Virus genome (UHGV): UHGV-0277313
DNA from: a virus
DNA length: 64,000 nt
Direction: 5' to 3' (one strand)
Numbering within the stretch: the first letter of the stretch is position 1; each line of letters opens with the position of its first letter. The position numbers and the translations under genes are program-made. Below, one piece after another: positions 45,701 through 56,086 of the stretch. Under the pieces are notes generated by a model. The model made no database searches and had not been told where the DNA came from. It saw only the letters and a program-made list of their open reading frames with translations.

Positions 45701-48265
45701 CGTGTAACAACATATGATCCAGTTGCTGAAGAAAATGTAGATTTAATAGTTTATAATTATTATTATACATACGATGTAGCTTCTGGTTGGTCAAAAATCG
45801 AACGATATTTCACTGATGTTAATGAAGTATATGAAACAGTAGAGACTGTTGAAAATGGTATTGTAAAATATACTGTTCATTTGTTAGGTGTAAATAAAAA
45901 GGATAATTATATTGCATACACAGTATATGGCATGCCTGGTGCAACAGAAAATTTTATTCCTTATTTCAATGGTGAAATTTATTATGATTCAAGCGTTTTA
46001 AAATATTTTCAATTTAAAGATGGTGCTTGGGTTGAGATTAACGCAGCAATCGTTGGCGAATTTTCTAGAGGTGGTAAAGCTTCAGAAAGTGGTAAATCAT
46101 ATAAAGATAATTTTATTGCAACTGAAATTTTAGGCGAAAGATTCTATTTAAAACATCAAGAATTGCTAAATACGTCTTCTGTATCTGTTATTGTAAATGA
46201 TGATACTTTTGATATTATTTTTGACAGTTTTGACAAGTATGACAGTGAGTCGTATGTTGTATTGTTGAAAAAGGATTCAGTAGGTAAATGGTATTTACAG
46301 TTTGGTGACGGTGTACACGGTGTTCGTCCGATAAAAGGTTCAAAAATATTAGTAACTTATGACAGTTTAGATTTCCCGGTAATGAATAAATTCTTACCGT
46401 ATGAGAAATTGTATACAAATTTACATAAAGATGAACATAAAATAGGTTATAAAAAAGTTTATGTTAATACATGGGTTGAAGATCCAACTGTTGAAGATGT
46501 TATACCAGTTACAGGTTATCGATTTGAAAAGTTTACAAATCCAGAGAGTGTTGATACATCTTCGATAGCCGTTTTTGTTAACGGTTCGCAGTGGAATATA
46601 GTAAAAGATAAATCAAAGTATGGACCTTATGATCGTGTTGTTGAAATCAGACGTGCACGAACAAACAGTGGTGTGTTCTTATATGTAATTTTCGGTGATA
46701 ATAAACATTCACAAAACTTAAGAAAAGGTGATTTGATTTCAGTTTATTATAAAACTTTGAATGAAGAAATCATTAATAATAATACATACTTAAAATGTTC
46801 AACATTTAAACATGCATTAACAACACGTGTTGCTTATGATTATGGTTTAATTACACAAACAAAAGAATCTGAATGGGTATATTATAGAAACTTTATCCCG
46901 CCTGAAGGTTATTATCCAACAAACCACGTTAGATTTAATGTTAATTCAAATTCTATGATCGATGCTAAAGATTTTGAAGCTGAAGCAAAATATCAGTTTT
47001 ACGAATTGGCATCAACACCTTGGGTTTTGGAGAACATTTGTAACATCATTGAATTCAATGAATTGTATTTGGGAGTGGCATCAGTTTCAACATCTGTTGG
47101 CAACTTATTCTTTAGAGCAACTGAAGAGTTAGGTATGCTAAAGGTGAGTTTGCCAAATTTAACTTCTAAAATGACATCAATGAATAAAGATCAAACAGAA
47201 AATATTTATTGTGTTAGAAATGGCGATATTGGTCGTTTGGAAGACGTCAATAAATTGAAGTATATAGTTCCAGTTGAAGACGAAAATGGTGTAATTTGGA
47301 ATTACATGGTTTATACAACAAATGCTGGTGGTTTGACAAAGTATGCAACTTTAGTAAATAATTTAGATTTTATTAGACCCGGTGAGATTTTTGATATTAA
47401 ACAAGGTGATATTTTATTTGCTAAAAATGGTATGGTTATTCCTGTAACTATTGAAACTGATGATCGTAATACTGTAACAACAGATTTGACATTTACAGAA
47501 AAAGGCACTTCTGTTGAATTCAAAGATTTTACAAAAGATTGTTTTGTAAAAGTTAATGTTGAAACAGAAAATAAAAGGATTTCAGATAAAGTTTCATTGT
47601 ATATTGGTGGAAAGAAAGTTGATGTAGGTTCGACTTTATCATTTAAAATGATTGATGGTGGTAAAGTTGAATTAGATATTTCTGCGAAACAAAATGGGTG
47701 TACGCCTGTTACAAAACATTTAACTTTAGACATTTCAATGTTTAATAACAAAGATTCTTTATTAGAAGAAACTTTATATTTGAAGTTGTATGAAGTTAAG
47801 ACAACTGTATTCGCACCGTCATTAGATTGTAAAGTTAATGTTAACGGTACTTTGTATGAAAGCGGTTCAGACATTATAACAAAATATGGTGAATCTTTAG
47901 TTATTTTTGCCGTTGGTGATAGATATATTGAGGCAACAGAAAATCAAACTGTTCGTATAGAAACATTACAAGATGCAACATACTATTTAGATTTGACTTT
48001 AAGAAAATATCGTTTAAAAGTAACAACTAGAGTTAATGGTAATGTAGACAACAATCAGCCTGTCTATTTAAATGGTGTACCAAATACTTATAATGATATT
48101 TGGACATTAGGTCAGGTTGTAGAGATTGTTGCTGGTGGCGAGTGGCAAAATACAAAAGTTGTTTCGAAAGTTGTTACAATTTCTAGCAACACTGCTGACA
48201 ATGTTTATGTAATTGACTGCCCTGTTTTAGATGATTCTTATTTAAGTGCAGATTTAATTCCTTAA
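42716..48265 (+). CDS. giant baseplate/tail-fibre structural protein (1849 aa), possibly gp7-like or a fusion of wedge components
   Basis: 5.5-kb ORF immediately after gp6. Beta-rich T/S/N/G/Y composition typical of baseplate and fibre proteins. No precise family recognised. Confidence 0.5.
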   Translation: MHSLNWDVTSEYNLNITGQTLDFILFKDSVWQDDSICDFSDGTSFTLNALTIEGQLLTLFALSKYYVVRKYILRNDGYIAGSDVDLKPFKITTDNVAVFLNGTYVRPTCYTATDHSIRFHIKGERVSGTSELKDYISWSEGDVVKFITNDPDSKKQTFNSYFMQYTSNKATTVLSQNGKNFYSAITPKLSKGKTIVLVNDKIIPYSELSFPGGEFTTGNVNTQGALVIKRNLSEADKVTVFYFEEDFEHFEYSPKTGQTRFQGPDLLGNYLSYSTTEGAGVAQLFEYSVGNTGEVVTNGVPWSNITGVTNGCRLHASCIFNGVSYSGEAEIQDSNMEKSYVSVKIISEFGRKEFDSSEWYISPAYSKNIVSYLDGRTQSTVAFPEILGTFQMFFLDYYQDGLRRLTNIRNVNEVEPDLLIPTLDMLGMRLDMSNVSELNKRRAVREVINFYKRCGTKKSINFLGYINDRVINLDEALWTNDYIHFATPDELGATYERKQLAQFIDYRFIAATAVETDDYGDCLDLKGPFKLKVEGTKLTIPYGSRAFYPNHYTGTEGSMKWNSISDKLELNSEDYSPGDYFLIVIDDHGFQHLDLVENIPSGTQEDFLETNVSYYYNETYNSINMVDDLEVSVSLPVAKVNIALDDYTITLLQEYKTCSFVDDFVFAMTSDPVSDPVSKIKTQTGLSYSYQIIDNEDFVNDRKVELQKSQRLDIKDATGENYLVFLNDSNELKDVNNVTLKYIPKGYYTNTGIQPVATNHALWKFHNEWFVYDNFAVGLDKYEFTVDESGEIVKDSSGYSDIKYVVKDSWYKSVFIGDFVELPKASTLEEIKNISNTFYAFYNKEQQLQVVYTLEQDPEVGSVVYKIADASVVLGVVDSVDKTKHTITIGSATYSFSPSRNVTGRPLCRVDGVYYSLVKRQTYEVDTCHEYSNGNDLMFLLSSNPIVGDIAHTYKDYERSDYVVTSVDAFLGVVKVCPKQYFGTEQQDDFTKQYTRVTTYDPVAEENVDLIVYNYYYTYDVASGWSKIERYFTDVNEVYETVETVENGIVKYTVHLLGVNKKDNYIAYTVYGMPGATENFIPYFNGEIYYDSSVLKYFQFKDGAWVEINAAIVGEFSRGGKASESGKSYKDNFIATEILGERFYLKHQELLNTSSVSVIVNDDTFDIIFDSFDKYDSESYVVLLKKDSVGKWYLQFGDGVHGVRPIKGSKILVTYDSLDFPVMNKFLPYEKLYTNLHKDEHKIGYKKVYVNTWVEDPTVEDVIPVTGYRFEKFTNPESVDTSSIAVFVNGSQWNIVKDKSKYGPYDRVVEIRRARTNSGVFLYVIFGDNKHSQNLRKGDLISVYYKTLNEEIINNNTYLKCSTFKHALTTRVAYDYGLITQTKESEWVYYRNFIPPEGYYPTNHVRFNVNSNSMIDAKDFEAEAKYQFYELASTPWVLENICNIIEFNELYLGVASVSTSVGNLFFRATEELGMLKVSLPNLTSKMTSMNKDQTENIYCVRNGDIGRLEDVNKLKYIVPVEDENGVIWNYMVYTTNAGGLTKYATLVNNLDFIRPGEIFDIKQGDILFAKNGMVIPVTIETDDRNTVTTDLTFTEKGTSVEFKDFTKDCFVKVNVETENKRISDKVSLYIGGKKVDVGSTLSFKMIDGGKVELDISAKQNGCTPVTKHLTLDISMFNNKDSLLEETLYLKLYEVKTTVFAPSLDCKVNVNGTLYESGSDIITKYGESLVIFAVGDRYIEATENQTVRIETLQDATYYLDLTLRKYRLKVTTRVNGNVDNNQPVYLNGVPNTYNDIWTLGQVVEIVAGGEWQNTKVVSKVVTISSNTADNVYVIDCPVLDDSYLSADLIP

Positions 48266-48345
48266 ACATCTGAATTTGGATTCAAACTTAAACCTGCTGA
48301 TGTTGTTCTTAACTAAAGTGGGTTTTTGTTTTTTAGGTTAAAAAA

Positions 48346-50523
48346 ATGGCAGATACATATTCTTCAATTGTAACAAATGATGGTGAATCTACCTTATTAC
48401 AAAATACGGTTAATGCATATATTTTTAAATTAGCACGTATTGAAATTTGTTCTCGTGCAAATTTAGATATGACTGATGCAATGACTTGGAAGAGTATGGA
48501 AGCGGCAAATGTTGTCTATACAATTTCAAAACAAGAAAACATTAATTCAATGGTGCGTAAAGTACAGTTGGATTCAAATACTGTACAGTTTAGGGTTTCT
48601 TTAGATACATCTATTGGTGGCATTTCAAGTTCAGGTATGATTTGTGGAAGTATTGGTTTATACTTGCAAGGTTATAATGAACGTGGAGAAGCTTTAAATA
48701 CACCGTTTTTATTTGCTGTAGGAAGTTTAGGTTCAGAATTTGTTAAATATGCCGACAGTTCAAATACAGTTGGCAATATGGTTTCTTTTTACTTAAACTT
48801 TAGAATTTCTAATACAGCCTTAATTGAAAATGTTTTAGTAGCACCAACTGAAAACTATTCCTTACCGACAGTTGATACAGAAAATTCAGATTATTTGAAT
48901 GATTATTTTAATGCATATATAGTAAACAATTATGATAGAACAGGTTTGTCTGCTATTGCATATAAAACTAATAAAAATTCTGAAGGGTTTGCATATGTAT
49001 TACCGAAAAACGAAAGCACAACGCGTTTAGGTATGGGTGGTGTATATGAAGCCCCTGAATTAGATCCTTCTGTTACAGATGCGTCTTTTAAGCGTTTTGC
49101 ATATTATAAAAGAACAGGTAATACTTATTCAGTATGTTTAGAACCAGGAAGAACATTAGCTTTAACAAATGGGTTGGAATCTGATGGTTTTTATCGAAAT
49201 GAAAGATTTTTATTAGATAAACCTTATGAATCAAATGTAGTTACAAATGCTGGCGAATATGTAACATTAGCAGTTAATGGTGTTCAGTTTGGTAAAGAAG
49301 ATGAAGAAGAACAGTTTTATTTGATTACTGTTCCGTCAGACAGTGTAAAGACAGTTAATGATAAAGATTTAAATAATATCGAACATCCAAAAACAAAATC
49401 TGATGTTTACTTTATTTTTAATACATTAACTGGTTTTGTTCATGAAACAACCGTTTCGCAAGCATATGAAGTTAAAGCAACAAAACTCGCATTCTTCAAG
49501 ATAAACAGCAATGGCGATCTTGATTACTTTATACAAGTTACATCAGCTTCAGGAAGTAATTCTTTTGAAGTAAATTCAGTAAAAGCTGATATGAAGAAGT
49601 TGCGTAGTGAATTTGAAGATGGCGCTTCTAATAAGTTTGTTCATTTTGTTGGAACGGAAACAATTAGTGGTAAAAAAGTTTTCACAGCCGACGGAACTTC
49701 AGCTTTAAAGGAAAGCTTGCAGGTTTTTTCAAAAAATCCGACAATTGGTTTGAAGGTTAATACAACAAATTCTTTCGTTGGTGGTGTTGTTGCAAAGAAT
49801 AGTAATGATCAAAACATTACTAGTTTGTATATGAACAACAAAGCTATCGGTGTAGTTAGCTGGCCTGACAGTGCAATTAACGGAAACAAAAATAATACAT
49901 ATTCAACTGGTGAATATTTATTGATTGATTCGAGTAAAACAGGAAATAGTGTTGTTTCAGAATCAACAAATGTAAAGAATCATTTCATTCAGAATACTCT
50001 AGATAAATTGTCTGTTGTAAAAGTTACAGATAATTCAGGTGTTGCTGGATTTCAGCATGCAAATACTGTTTATTTTAGTAAGAATATTCAAGCTGGTTTG
50101 TTTAGGGGCGCTGCATCATATACCTATTGGGCAGATTTAGCTGAAATGTACGAATCTGATATGAAATTACAACCTGGCACTCTAGTAAAGTTTGGCGGTA
50201 AAAAAGATATTACTATAGCTGAAAATGAAGAATGTGCAGAAGGTGTTATTTCAACAAAACCTGGTGTTGTGTTAAATAGTCTTTCCGAAGGTGAGCATGT
50301 GTATCCGGTTGCTTTAGTCGGACAAGTTCCGGTTAGAGTTATTGGAAGTGTAAAAAAACATGATTATATTTATCATTCTTCAGTAATTGGTAAAGATTTA
50401 AGTGGTGTAGCTATAGCATCTTCTAAAAAGATTCTAAATGCCAAAATTATAGGTAAAGCATTAGAAGATAATCTGAATGAAGATGAAAAGCTTGTTAATT
50501 GTGTTGTTCGTTTAGTTTTCTAA
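48346..50523 (+). CDS. tail-fibre / baseplate-associated structural protein (725 aa)
   Basis: ORF with AGG SD. Beta-rich composition. Lies between the giant baseplate protein and the long tail fibre. Confidence 0.45.
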   Translation: MADTYSSIVTNDGESTLLQNTVNAYIFKLARIEICSRANLDMTDAMTWKSMEAANVVYTISKQENINSMVRKVQLDSNTVQFRVSLDTSIGGISSSGMICGSIGLYLQGYNERGEALNTPFLFAVGSLGSEFVKYADSSNTVGNMVSFYLNFRISNTALIENVLVAPTENYSLPTVDTENSDYLNDYFNAYIVNNYDRTGLSAIAYKTNKNSEGFAYVLPKNESTTRLGMGGVYEAPELDPSVTDASFKRFAYYKRTGNTYSVCLEPGRTLALTNGLESDGFYRNERFLLDKPYESNVVTNAGEYVTLAVNGVQFGKEDEEEQFYLITVPSDSVKTVNDKDLNNIEHPKTKSDVYFIFNTLTGFVHETTVSQAYEVKATKLAFFKINSNGDLDYFIQVTSASGSNSFEVNSVKADMKKLRSEFEDGASNKFVHFVGTETISGKKVFTADGTSALKESLQVFSKNPTIGLKVNTTNSFVGGVVAKNSNDQNITSLYMNNKAIGVVSWPDSAINGNKNNTYSTGEYLLIDSSKTGNSVVSESTNVKNHFIQNTLDKLSVVKVTDNSGVAGFQHANTVYFSKNIQAGLFRGAASYTYWADLAEMYESDMKLQPGTLVKFGGKKDITIAENEECAEGVISTKPGVVLNSLSEGEHVYPVALVGQVPVRVIGSVKKHDYIYHSSVIGKDLSGVAIASSKKILNAKIIGKALEDNLNEDEKLVNCVVRLVF

Positions 50524-50534
50524 TAGGTGTTTAA

Positions 50535-50777
50535 ATGGCGGATCTATATGTGTCTTTTAGGTGTTCAGCTTGTGGAGAGTTTTCAGAACCTATTCGTGTA
50601 ACAGGTTCATGGGTTCCTAAAAGGGATATTTTGGAAGTTATGAAGGCTCGTGGGTGGAAAGTTACTAGATCACACATAGCTTTATGTAAAGAGTGTCATT
50701 TAGATATGGTCGCACATAATCGAACATATATTGAAGAAATTGAAGAAAAGAAAAAAGAAAGCGTTCAAAAGAAATAG
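50535..50777 (+). CDS. small zinc-binding protein (80 aa)
   Basis: CSACGEF...(about 40 aa)...CKECH, a C4 arrangement. Confidence 0.4.
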   Translation: MADLYVSFRCSACGEFSEPIRVTGSWVPKRDILEVMKARGWKVTRSHIALCKECHLDMVAHNRTYIEEIEEKKKESVQKK

Positions 50778-50831
50778 TCTTTTGAATTTATGTTCTTTAA
50801 CTATTAAAGTTTTAGTTGTCAAGGGTTTAAC

Positions 50832-53800
50832 ATGAGTGATACTGACGTAAAAGCAATACAGCGCCGCAGAGGTACAGCAGCTGAATTTGATGGTTTTACA
50901 ACAGGCCTAGAAGGTGAAATTACTGTAAACACGACGAACAATTCTGTTGTCGTTAGTGATGGTAATATGAACAATTACGAGGCGTCACGTGCTGATATGA
51001 CAAATGTCGATCAGTTCGATATTATGAAACGTGGTATCGCAGACAATAGTTTAACAAATACGGTTTTTGAATATAAGTTAGACATGACAGGGTCAGTTCA
51101 GCAAATGAGAAAATCTGCTGATCAAATAAAGGCTCAATTAACAAAGGCTTATATTGCAGACAAAGATTTAACAAACGTTCCTTTACAAATTATGTTGAAT
51201 AAAGGTATTGCAAAGTATACATTTGCTAATGTTCCTTTTTCAGCTGTTTCATGGGATAGTGATGCTTTTAGGGAACATATTGGTAGTGAAGAAGTTGATA
51301 TCACTGGCGGTGGTTTAGCTTTTCGAAACTTGCAAAATCTTAAAGCGGAAACATTTAACAGTATTCCTACAGATGATTTTGAATTGACTGGCGGTGGAGT
51401 TGCTTATAAAACATTAGAAAATGTTGACGCTCTAAAAATGGAAGTTAAGACACAAATTGGTGTAGCTTCTATTGATATGGCAAACGTTTCTGATGATACT
51501 TTGTATGGTAAAGGTGGCAGTAGAAAGTATTTATTACAGCGTGATTTGAATAACATTGATGGGCCAAATGTTGATCCAGAGAATTTGACTTATGCTGGTA
51601 TTGCACAAAAGAATTTGTCAAATATTGACTTCAATGGAGATGCTGTTTTACAACAATCAGTGTTAGATACTTTAGGAGCATGCAACTATAACTTGGATCA
51701 TGTCAGTTTAACAGTGTTTACTGATAAATTTCATTTGATGAAAGATGACGGAAGTAACGCTGTTAAAGAAAAAGTTTTTAAAGGCATTAAAAATCTATTA
51801 TTGAACGGTGACTTTAAAGAAAAACATTCGGCATTCGCTGATGTTTCAATGGCTGAAAACGAGATTGCTAGTAAAGGTGACACATTCTATTCAGAATGGG
51901 TTGCAATGTATGACGGTGCTAAAATTCATTTAGAAGATGGTTTAGCAACAATTTCTGGTTCATGGGGACAATGCATTGGTTGGGATGCTGCTTTCAGCAA
52001 GATTGATGCTTTGTACTTTTCCTGTTCAAAAGATAGCTCAATGGATATTAATGTGTCATTAATGCAGCCGTCAAAAGATGGGTGGATTACTATATCCGCG
52101 AACGTTATCAATGATATTGAAGGAAAAGATTACGACAGAAAAGGTTGTAAATTAATAATTAACAAGGAAAAGTTACTTAAAAAAGTTCCTTTAATGTTAG
52201 TGATTTCTGGCGGTCAATCTAAAATTGGTTATTGTCAGTTGGAACGTGAAGGAATTACAAATTTTTATCAAACTCCTTCAAATTATTCTAGAATGTTTTC
52301 TGGTGAAGCTTCTGGTAAAACATGTTATTTACAAATTCATGATAAATTACCTGCAGCGACTGATGAGTATTATAAACTTGAGCCTTTATTTACATCTGAT
52401 GGTGCAGCTGGCACTAAAGAGATTTATTACTATTCACTGAAGAGTAATGGTTACGTACATTTGTCTGATACAAAAAAATGCGTCAGATATGGTGATGAAG
52501 TTTATCGTTTTGTTGGTGATAGTTTTGAATTATATTGTTTAGCTGCAACAGGTCAGTTTAAGCTGGTTGATAGTGAAGAAGTTGTCACTATATCAAAATT
52601 TAAGAATGGTGATTTGTTCTTTTCTGAAGAAGATGGCAAAATTCATACATTTGCTAATGATGATTTCTATTATATGTATGATACAATTCCTTATCAAGGT
52701 TTGTTGTATATTGATGGGAAGTATAGTGATCATTCAGTGTTTTTGTGGAATGCATTAAAAGAAGATTTCGAAGTAGTGACTTCTGAAGGCACTGGTTTAG
52801 CATCATTACCTTTATTTACACATCTGTTTTCAGATAGAAGATTGGAATCAGCTGGATGGACAGAAGCGGATTCTTTCTCCAAAAAGTCTGCATCAGTTTA
52901 TCAAGGTGCATATGATTATTTGGTTAATCAGTTACACCCTGTTGGTAAATTGATTGCTGGTGGTAGTGTTGGTGATCAGGTAGGTGCTTCTGAACAGACG
53001 ACGTGGATTATTGAGTGGTCTGATAATCAGTTTGAAAATACAATTGTGTCATTGTTGTTAAATCCTATCGAAGCCAAACAGAAAATTATTGAATTTTGTA
53101 ACAAACAAGGGTATTTGATTGACGGTGCAATCTATGATCCAAATACGGATCCTGGTACAACAATTATTACAGATGTTCCTGGAAAAGAGTTACATGATTT
53201 AGTTTTCAGAAAAGTTTTAAAACAAAGTGATGATCACGGAATTGTTCACTATAAAACATATGATGGTTTGAGAATCGTTATTGAAACTCAAGAAGCTTGT
53301 AGATTGATAACAACACAGTTTGAATCAACTGGAAACGGTTGGTTTTACCTTCTAAACGAATCTGATGATATTAAACAAGCATATTTTAGATTACCTAGAA
53401 TGAAAGGGTTTGCTGTAACTGAAGGTGTTGTCGAGGAACCATATGGAGAGTCATATCAAGAAAACATTACTTTCAATACAGATGTAAGCAAAGGGTTTGC
53501 AGCCGTAAAACACAAACTGTATTTTTACATGGGTGTTCCTAGCTTAAAACGTGAAGAAGTAGCTGTTAATAGTGTATTTTCAGCGTTGAGTCAAATTGAT
53601 ACGAAATTAAATAAATCAATTTATGATTTGAATGGTGTTGAAGAATCTACTGTTGATAGTAAAACATATCATTGGATTAAGTTAGGTGCGAATACTCATG
53701 AATTTGTATGGAAACCTAAAAATAACAATTCAGTAATTTTAATTGATTTAACATCAATTTTAGGTGAAATGGATCAGGATCCTATTACTAAAATTTATCC

Positions 53801-54620
53801 TGCATCAGTATATAATGAGTTTACAAAGTTTGCTTTTAAATTGTGTATTGATAAAAGTTTCATTGAAGATTTGAGTGATAAAACTAAAGCACGTTATTAT
53901 ATTAAGTATTATATTAAGAATGATGCTCGTGCAAACGGAAGACCTCAAATTATTACTGGAATTGGGTATGATGAATACTTTAGCAATTCTGGAACTGATA
54001 CATTAACAAATGTCCCTGTTGAATATAACGATGCAACATTAATTACGAATTATGATGTGTTTAGTAATATTCGCGCTGGTTTTGATGCTGAAATTCAAAA
54101 CTATACAAGGGATATGTTTGTTTTTGATACAACATTAACAACGCGTCCTCAAATACCTTTAAACGTGATGCATTTAGATGGTGATGAAGTTGTTAACGGC
54201 CTAAAAATTTTTACAGGAACACCTGCTGTGGCAAATACTGCACCTGCTGTTTTATATAATAACAGGAGTTATGAAGGTGGGGTAGTTAATCCAGGGAGTA
54301 ATACACAAACACCTTTTTCTATTGTAACAGGAACAAATGGAGTGCATCAGAGCTATCTTGAACAGTGGTATTATACAGATGGCAGCGTTAATATGAATCT
54401 TTGTGCATCAACATATAAAGCTGACGGATCTCGTGTTGTAGGGGCTTTGACAGCAAGGGCAGATCGTAACGGTGGCGTTTATACGTATGCAGCAACACCT
54501 GACGTTGAAGCAAATGACACAAGAATTGCAACGACAAATTATGTAAATAATAAGTTTCAGGTTGTATCTGCATTGCCAGCAAATCCTAATGCAAATGTGT
54601 TTTACTTTATTCCAGAATAA
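50832..54620 (+). CDS. 37: long tail fibre protein (distal fibre, gp37-like), 1262 aa
   Basis: N-terminal IQRRRGTAAEFDGFTTGLEGEITVNTTNNSVVVSDGN matches the widespread tail-fibre N-terminal motif (RRGT.A...L..GE.g...DT....iGDG). C-terminal DTRIATTNYVNNKF is a tail-fibre IATT..V signature. Followed by the gp38-like adhesin genes. Confidence 0.65.
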   Translation: MSDTDVKAIQRRRGTAAEFDGFTTGLEGEITVNTTNNSVVVSDGNMNNYEASRADMTNVDQFDIMKRGIADNSLTNTVFEYKLDMTGSVQQMRKSADQIKAQLTKAYIADKDLTNVPLQIMLNKGIAKYTFANVPFSAVSWDSDAFREHIGSEEVDITGGGLAFRNLQNLKAETFNSIPTDDFELTGGGVAYKTLENVDALKMEVKTQIGVASIDMANVSDDTLYGKGGSRKYLLQRDLNNIDGPNVDPENLTYAGIAQKNLSNIDFNGDAVLQQSVLDTLGACNYNLDHVSLTVFTDKFHLMKDDGSNAVKEKVFKGIKNLLLNGDFKEKHSAFADVSMAENEIASKGDTFYSEWVAMYDGAKIHLEDGLATISGSWGQCIGWDAAFSKIDALYFSCSKDSSMDINVSLMQPSKDGWITISANVINDIEGKDYDRKGCKLIINKEKLLKKVPLMLVISGGQSKIGYCQLEREGITNFYQTPSNYSRMFSGEASGKTCYLQIHDKLPAATDEYYKLEPLFTSDGAAGTKEIYYYSLKSNGYVHLSDTKKCVRYGDEVYRFVGDSFELYCLAATGQFKLVDSEEVVTISKFKNGDLFFSEEDGKIHTFANDDFYYMYDTIPYQGLLYIDGKYSDHSVFLWNALKEDFEVVTSEGTGLASLPLFTHLFSDRRLESAGWTEADSFSKKSASVYQGAYDYLVNQLHPVGKLIAGGSVGDQVGASEQTTWIIEWSDNQFENTIVSLLLNPIEAKQKIIEFCNKQGYLIDGAIYDPNTDPGTTIITDVPGKELHDLVFRKVLKQSDDHGIVHYKTYDGLRIVIETQEACRLITTQFESTGNGWFYLLNESDDIKQAYFRLPRMKGFAVTEGVVEEPYGESYQENITFNTDVSKGFAAVKHKLYFYMGVPSLKREEVAVNSVFSALSQIDTKLNKSIYDLNGVEESTVDSKTYHWIKLGANTHEFVWKPKNNNSVILIDLTSILGEMDQDPITKIYPASVYNEFTKFAFKLCIDKSFIEDLSDKTKARYYIKYYIKNDARANGRPQIITGIGYDEYFSNSGTDTLTNVPVEYNDATLITNYDVFSNIRAGFDAEIQNYTRDMFVFDTTLTTRPQIPLNVMHLDGDEVVNGLKIFTGTPAVANTAPAVLYNNRSYEGGVVNPGSNTQTPFSIVTGTNGVHQSYLEQWYYTDGSVNMNLCASTYKADGSRVVGALTARADRNGGVYTYAATPDVEANDTRIATTNYVNNKFQVVSALPANPNANVFYFIPE

Positions 54621-54770
54621 AGTAATGTCAAAATAAAATAGCGATTTTAGAAATAGTGTTTATAGAGCGATTTGTAAACCTGATGTAGGTTATTTTAAAA
54701 TAACAACTGCATGATTAGTTTTGTAATTCTGTAGTTGATATTTCATGTGCATTAAAATTAGGAGGTTTTA

Positions 54771-55403
54771 ATGTCGATATATAAAAGTAACCGTAAACAA
54801 TCTAAAATTGTTATAAGTGGTCACAGATCTGTTAAAAAAGTTTTCAATGGAAACAATTTACTTTTTGGTAAAGAATCATTTGAAAAGATATTTACAGCAA
54901 GTGGTTCGATTACATTTCCAGCAACAATGTTTTCATTAACTGTTATTGTTGTTGGAGCTGGTGGTTGCGGTGGTCAGTGGATTTTAGGTAAACATGGAGA
55001 TTGGATAGGTGCTGGCGGTGGTGGTGCTGGTGGTTATTCAAAAAGAATGTTTAATAATATTGAGTGTAAATCAATCGCAGGGAAAACAATATCTTTTGTT
55101 GTAGGTGTTATACATTTGCAAGCTAAAGGTGACGATTCAGTTTTTATGGATGTTACAGCATATGGTGGTCAACCTGGTGGTCCTTATTCTGACGCACACG
55201 GTGGTGTTGGCGGTTCAGCTACAGGTGGTTCAGAAAATAAAACAGGAGCAAGTGGAACAAACGGTGGATATGTAGTTGTAGGAAGAGGTGGTGCAGGTTG
55301 GGTTATAAATGGAATGACTTATGGTTCTGGTGGAGATTCAACACAAATTGCTCATAATGGGGCCGGTACAAATGGTTGCATTTATATCAGATATGAATTT
55401 TGA
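54771..55403 (+). CDS. 38: gp38-like glycine-rich-motif (GRM) tail-fibre adhesin, paralog A (210 aa)
   Basis: VVGAGGCGGQW, GAGGGGAGGYS, YGGQPGGPYSDAHGGVGGSATGGS and GRGGAGWV, interspersed with variable segments as in T2/S16-type gp38 adhesins. AGGAGG SD at the correct spacing. N-terminal MSIYKSN... is shared with paralog B. Confidence 0.6.
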   Translation: MSIYKSNRKQSKIVISGHRSVKKVFNGNNLLFGKESFEKIFTASGSITFPATMFSLTVIVVGAGGCGGQWILGKHGDWIGAGGGGAGGYSKRMFNNIECKSIAGKTISFVVGVIHLQAKGDDSVFMDVTAYGGQPGGPYSDAHGGVGGSATGGSENKTGASGTNGGYVVVGRGGAGWVINGMTYGSGGDSTQIAHNGAGTNGCIYIRYEF

Positions 55404-55415
55404 TGTTCTTGTTTT

Positions 55416-56078
55416 ATGTTGTTTTTAGAATATAGGTGCTCCATGTTTTATGCTTTATGTATACTTTCAGTAATTGTAAACTCGTTTTGGAGAAGGTGGT
55501 TCGGCGGTGGTTATAAAAATACATGGTTAGGTAATAATCGTGCCGTTCAGTGTACAATCTATTTATTGTATACATCCGCTTTAGCATACTATTTATCAAG
55601 ATTTTCTGAAGTTTGGTATAATGCAAGTTTTGCTGTAATTTTTGCTGTTTTTACATATTGTCAGTTTTGGGCACGTGGTCATGGTGCATGCTTTGATATC
55701 GGCCGTGGTGACTTTGATGAAACAACTATAAACAGATATAATGCACGTTGGTATCATATACCTTGTGATTGGTTGTTAAAGAATCATAAATACGGTTTTG
55801 TGTATGATTTCTTATACATGGGGTTAAGATATACAATGCCGTTAGTGTTATTGTATATTTTAGGTTTAGTCACTGAACCTGTTTTTATTGAGCCTTTGTT
55901 TACAAAATGGATTATTGTTATAGGTGCAAGTATTAGCCCAATTTATGCAATCTGTTGGACTTTGTATGAAAAAGAAAATTGGATTTTCAAGAAATATTGG
56001 TCAGTTGTTGGGCCAACGAATCTGGCTGAATATTTGGCTGGTGCTGTTTGGGGTTTGTGGCCGTTGTGTGTAGTTTGA
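55416..56078 (+). CDS. polytopic inner-membrane protein (about 6 TM), unknown function, embedded in the receptor-binding module
   Basis: Six hydrophobic segments, e.g. FYALCILSVIVNSFW, IYLLYTSALAYYL, FAVIFAVFTYCQFW, MPLVLLYILGLV, WIIVIGASISPIYAICW and LAGAVWGLWPLCVV. Confidence 0.45.
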   Translation: MLFLEYRCSMFYALCILSVIVNSFWRRWFGGGYKNTWLGNNRAVQCTIYLLYTSALAYYLSRFSEVWYNASFAVIFAVFTYCQFWARGHGACFDIGRGDFDETTINRYNARWYHIPCDWLLKNHKYGFVYDFLYMGLRYTMPLVLLYILGLVTEPVFIEPLFTKWIIVIGASISPIYAICWTLYEKENWIFKKYWSVVGPTNLAEYLAGAVWGLWPLCVV

Positions 56079-56086
56079 GGCGTTAA

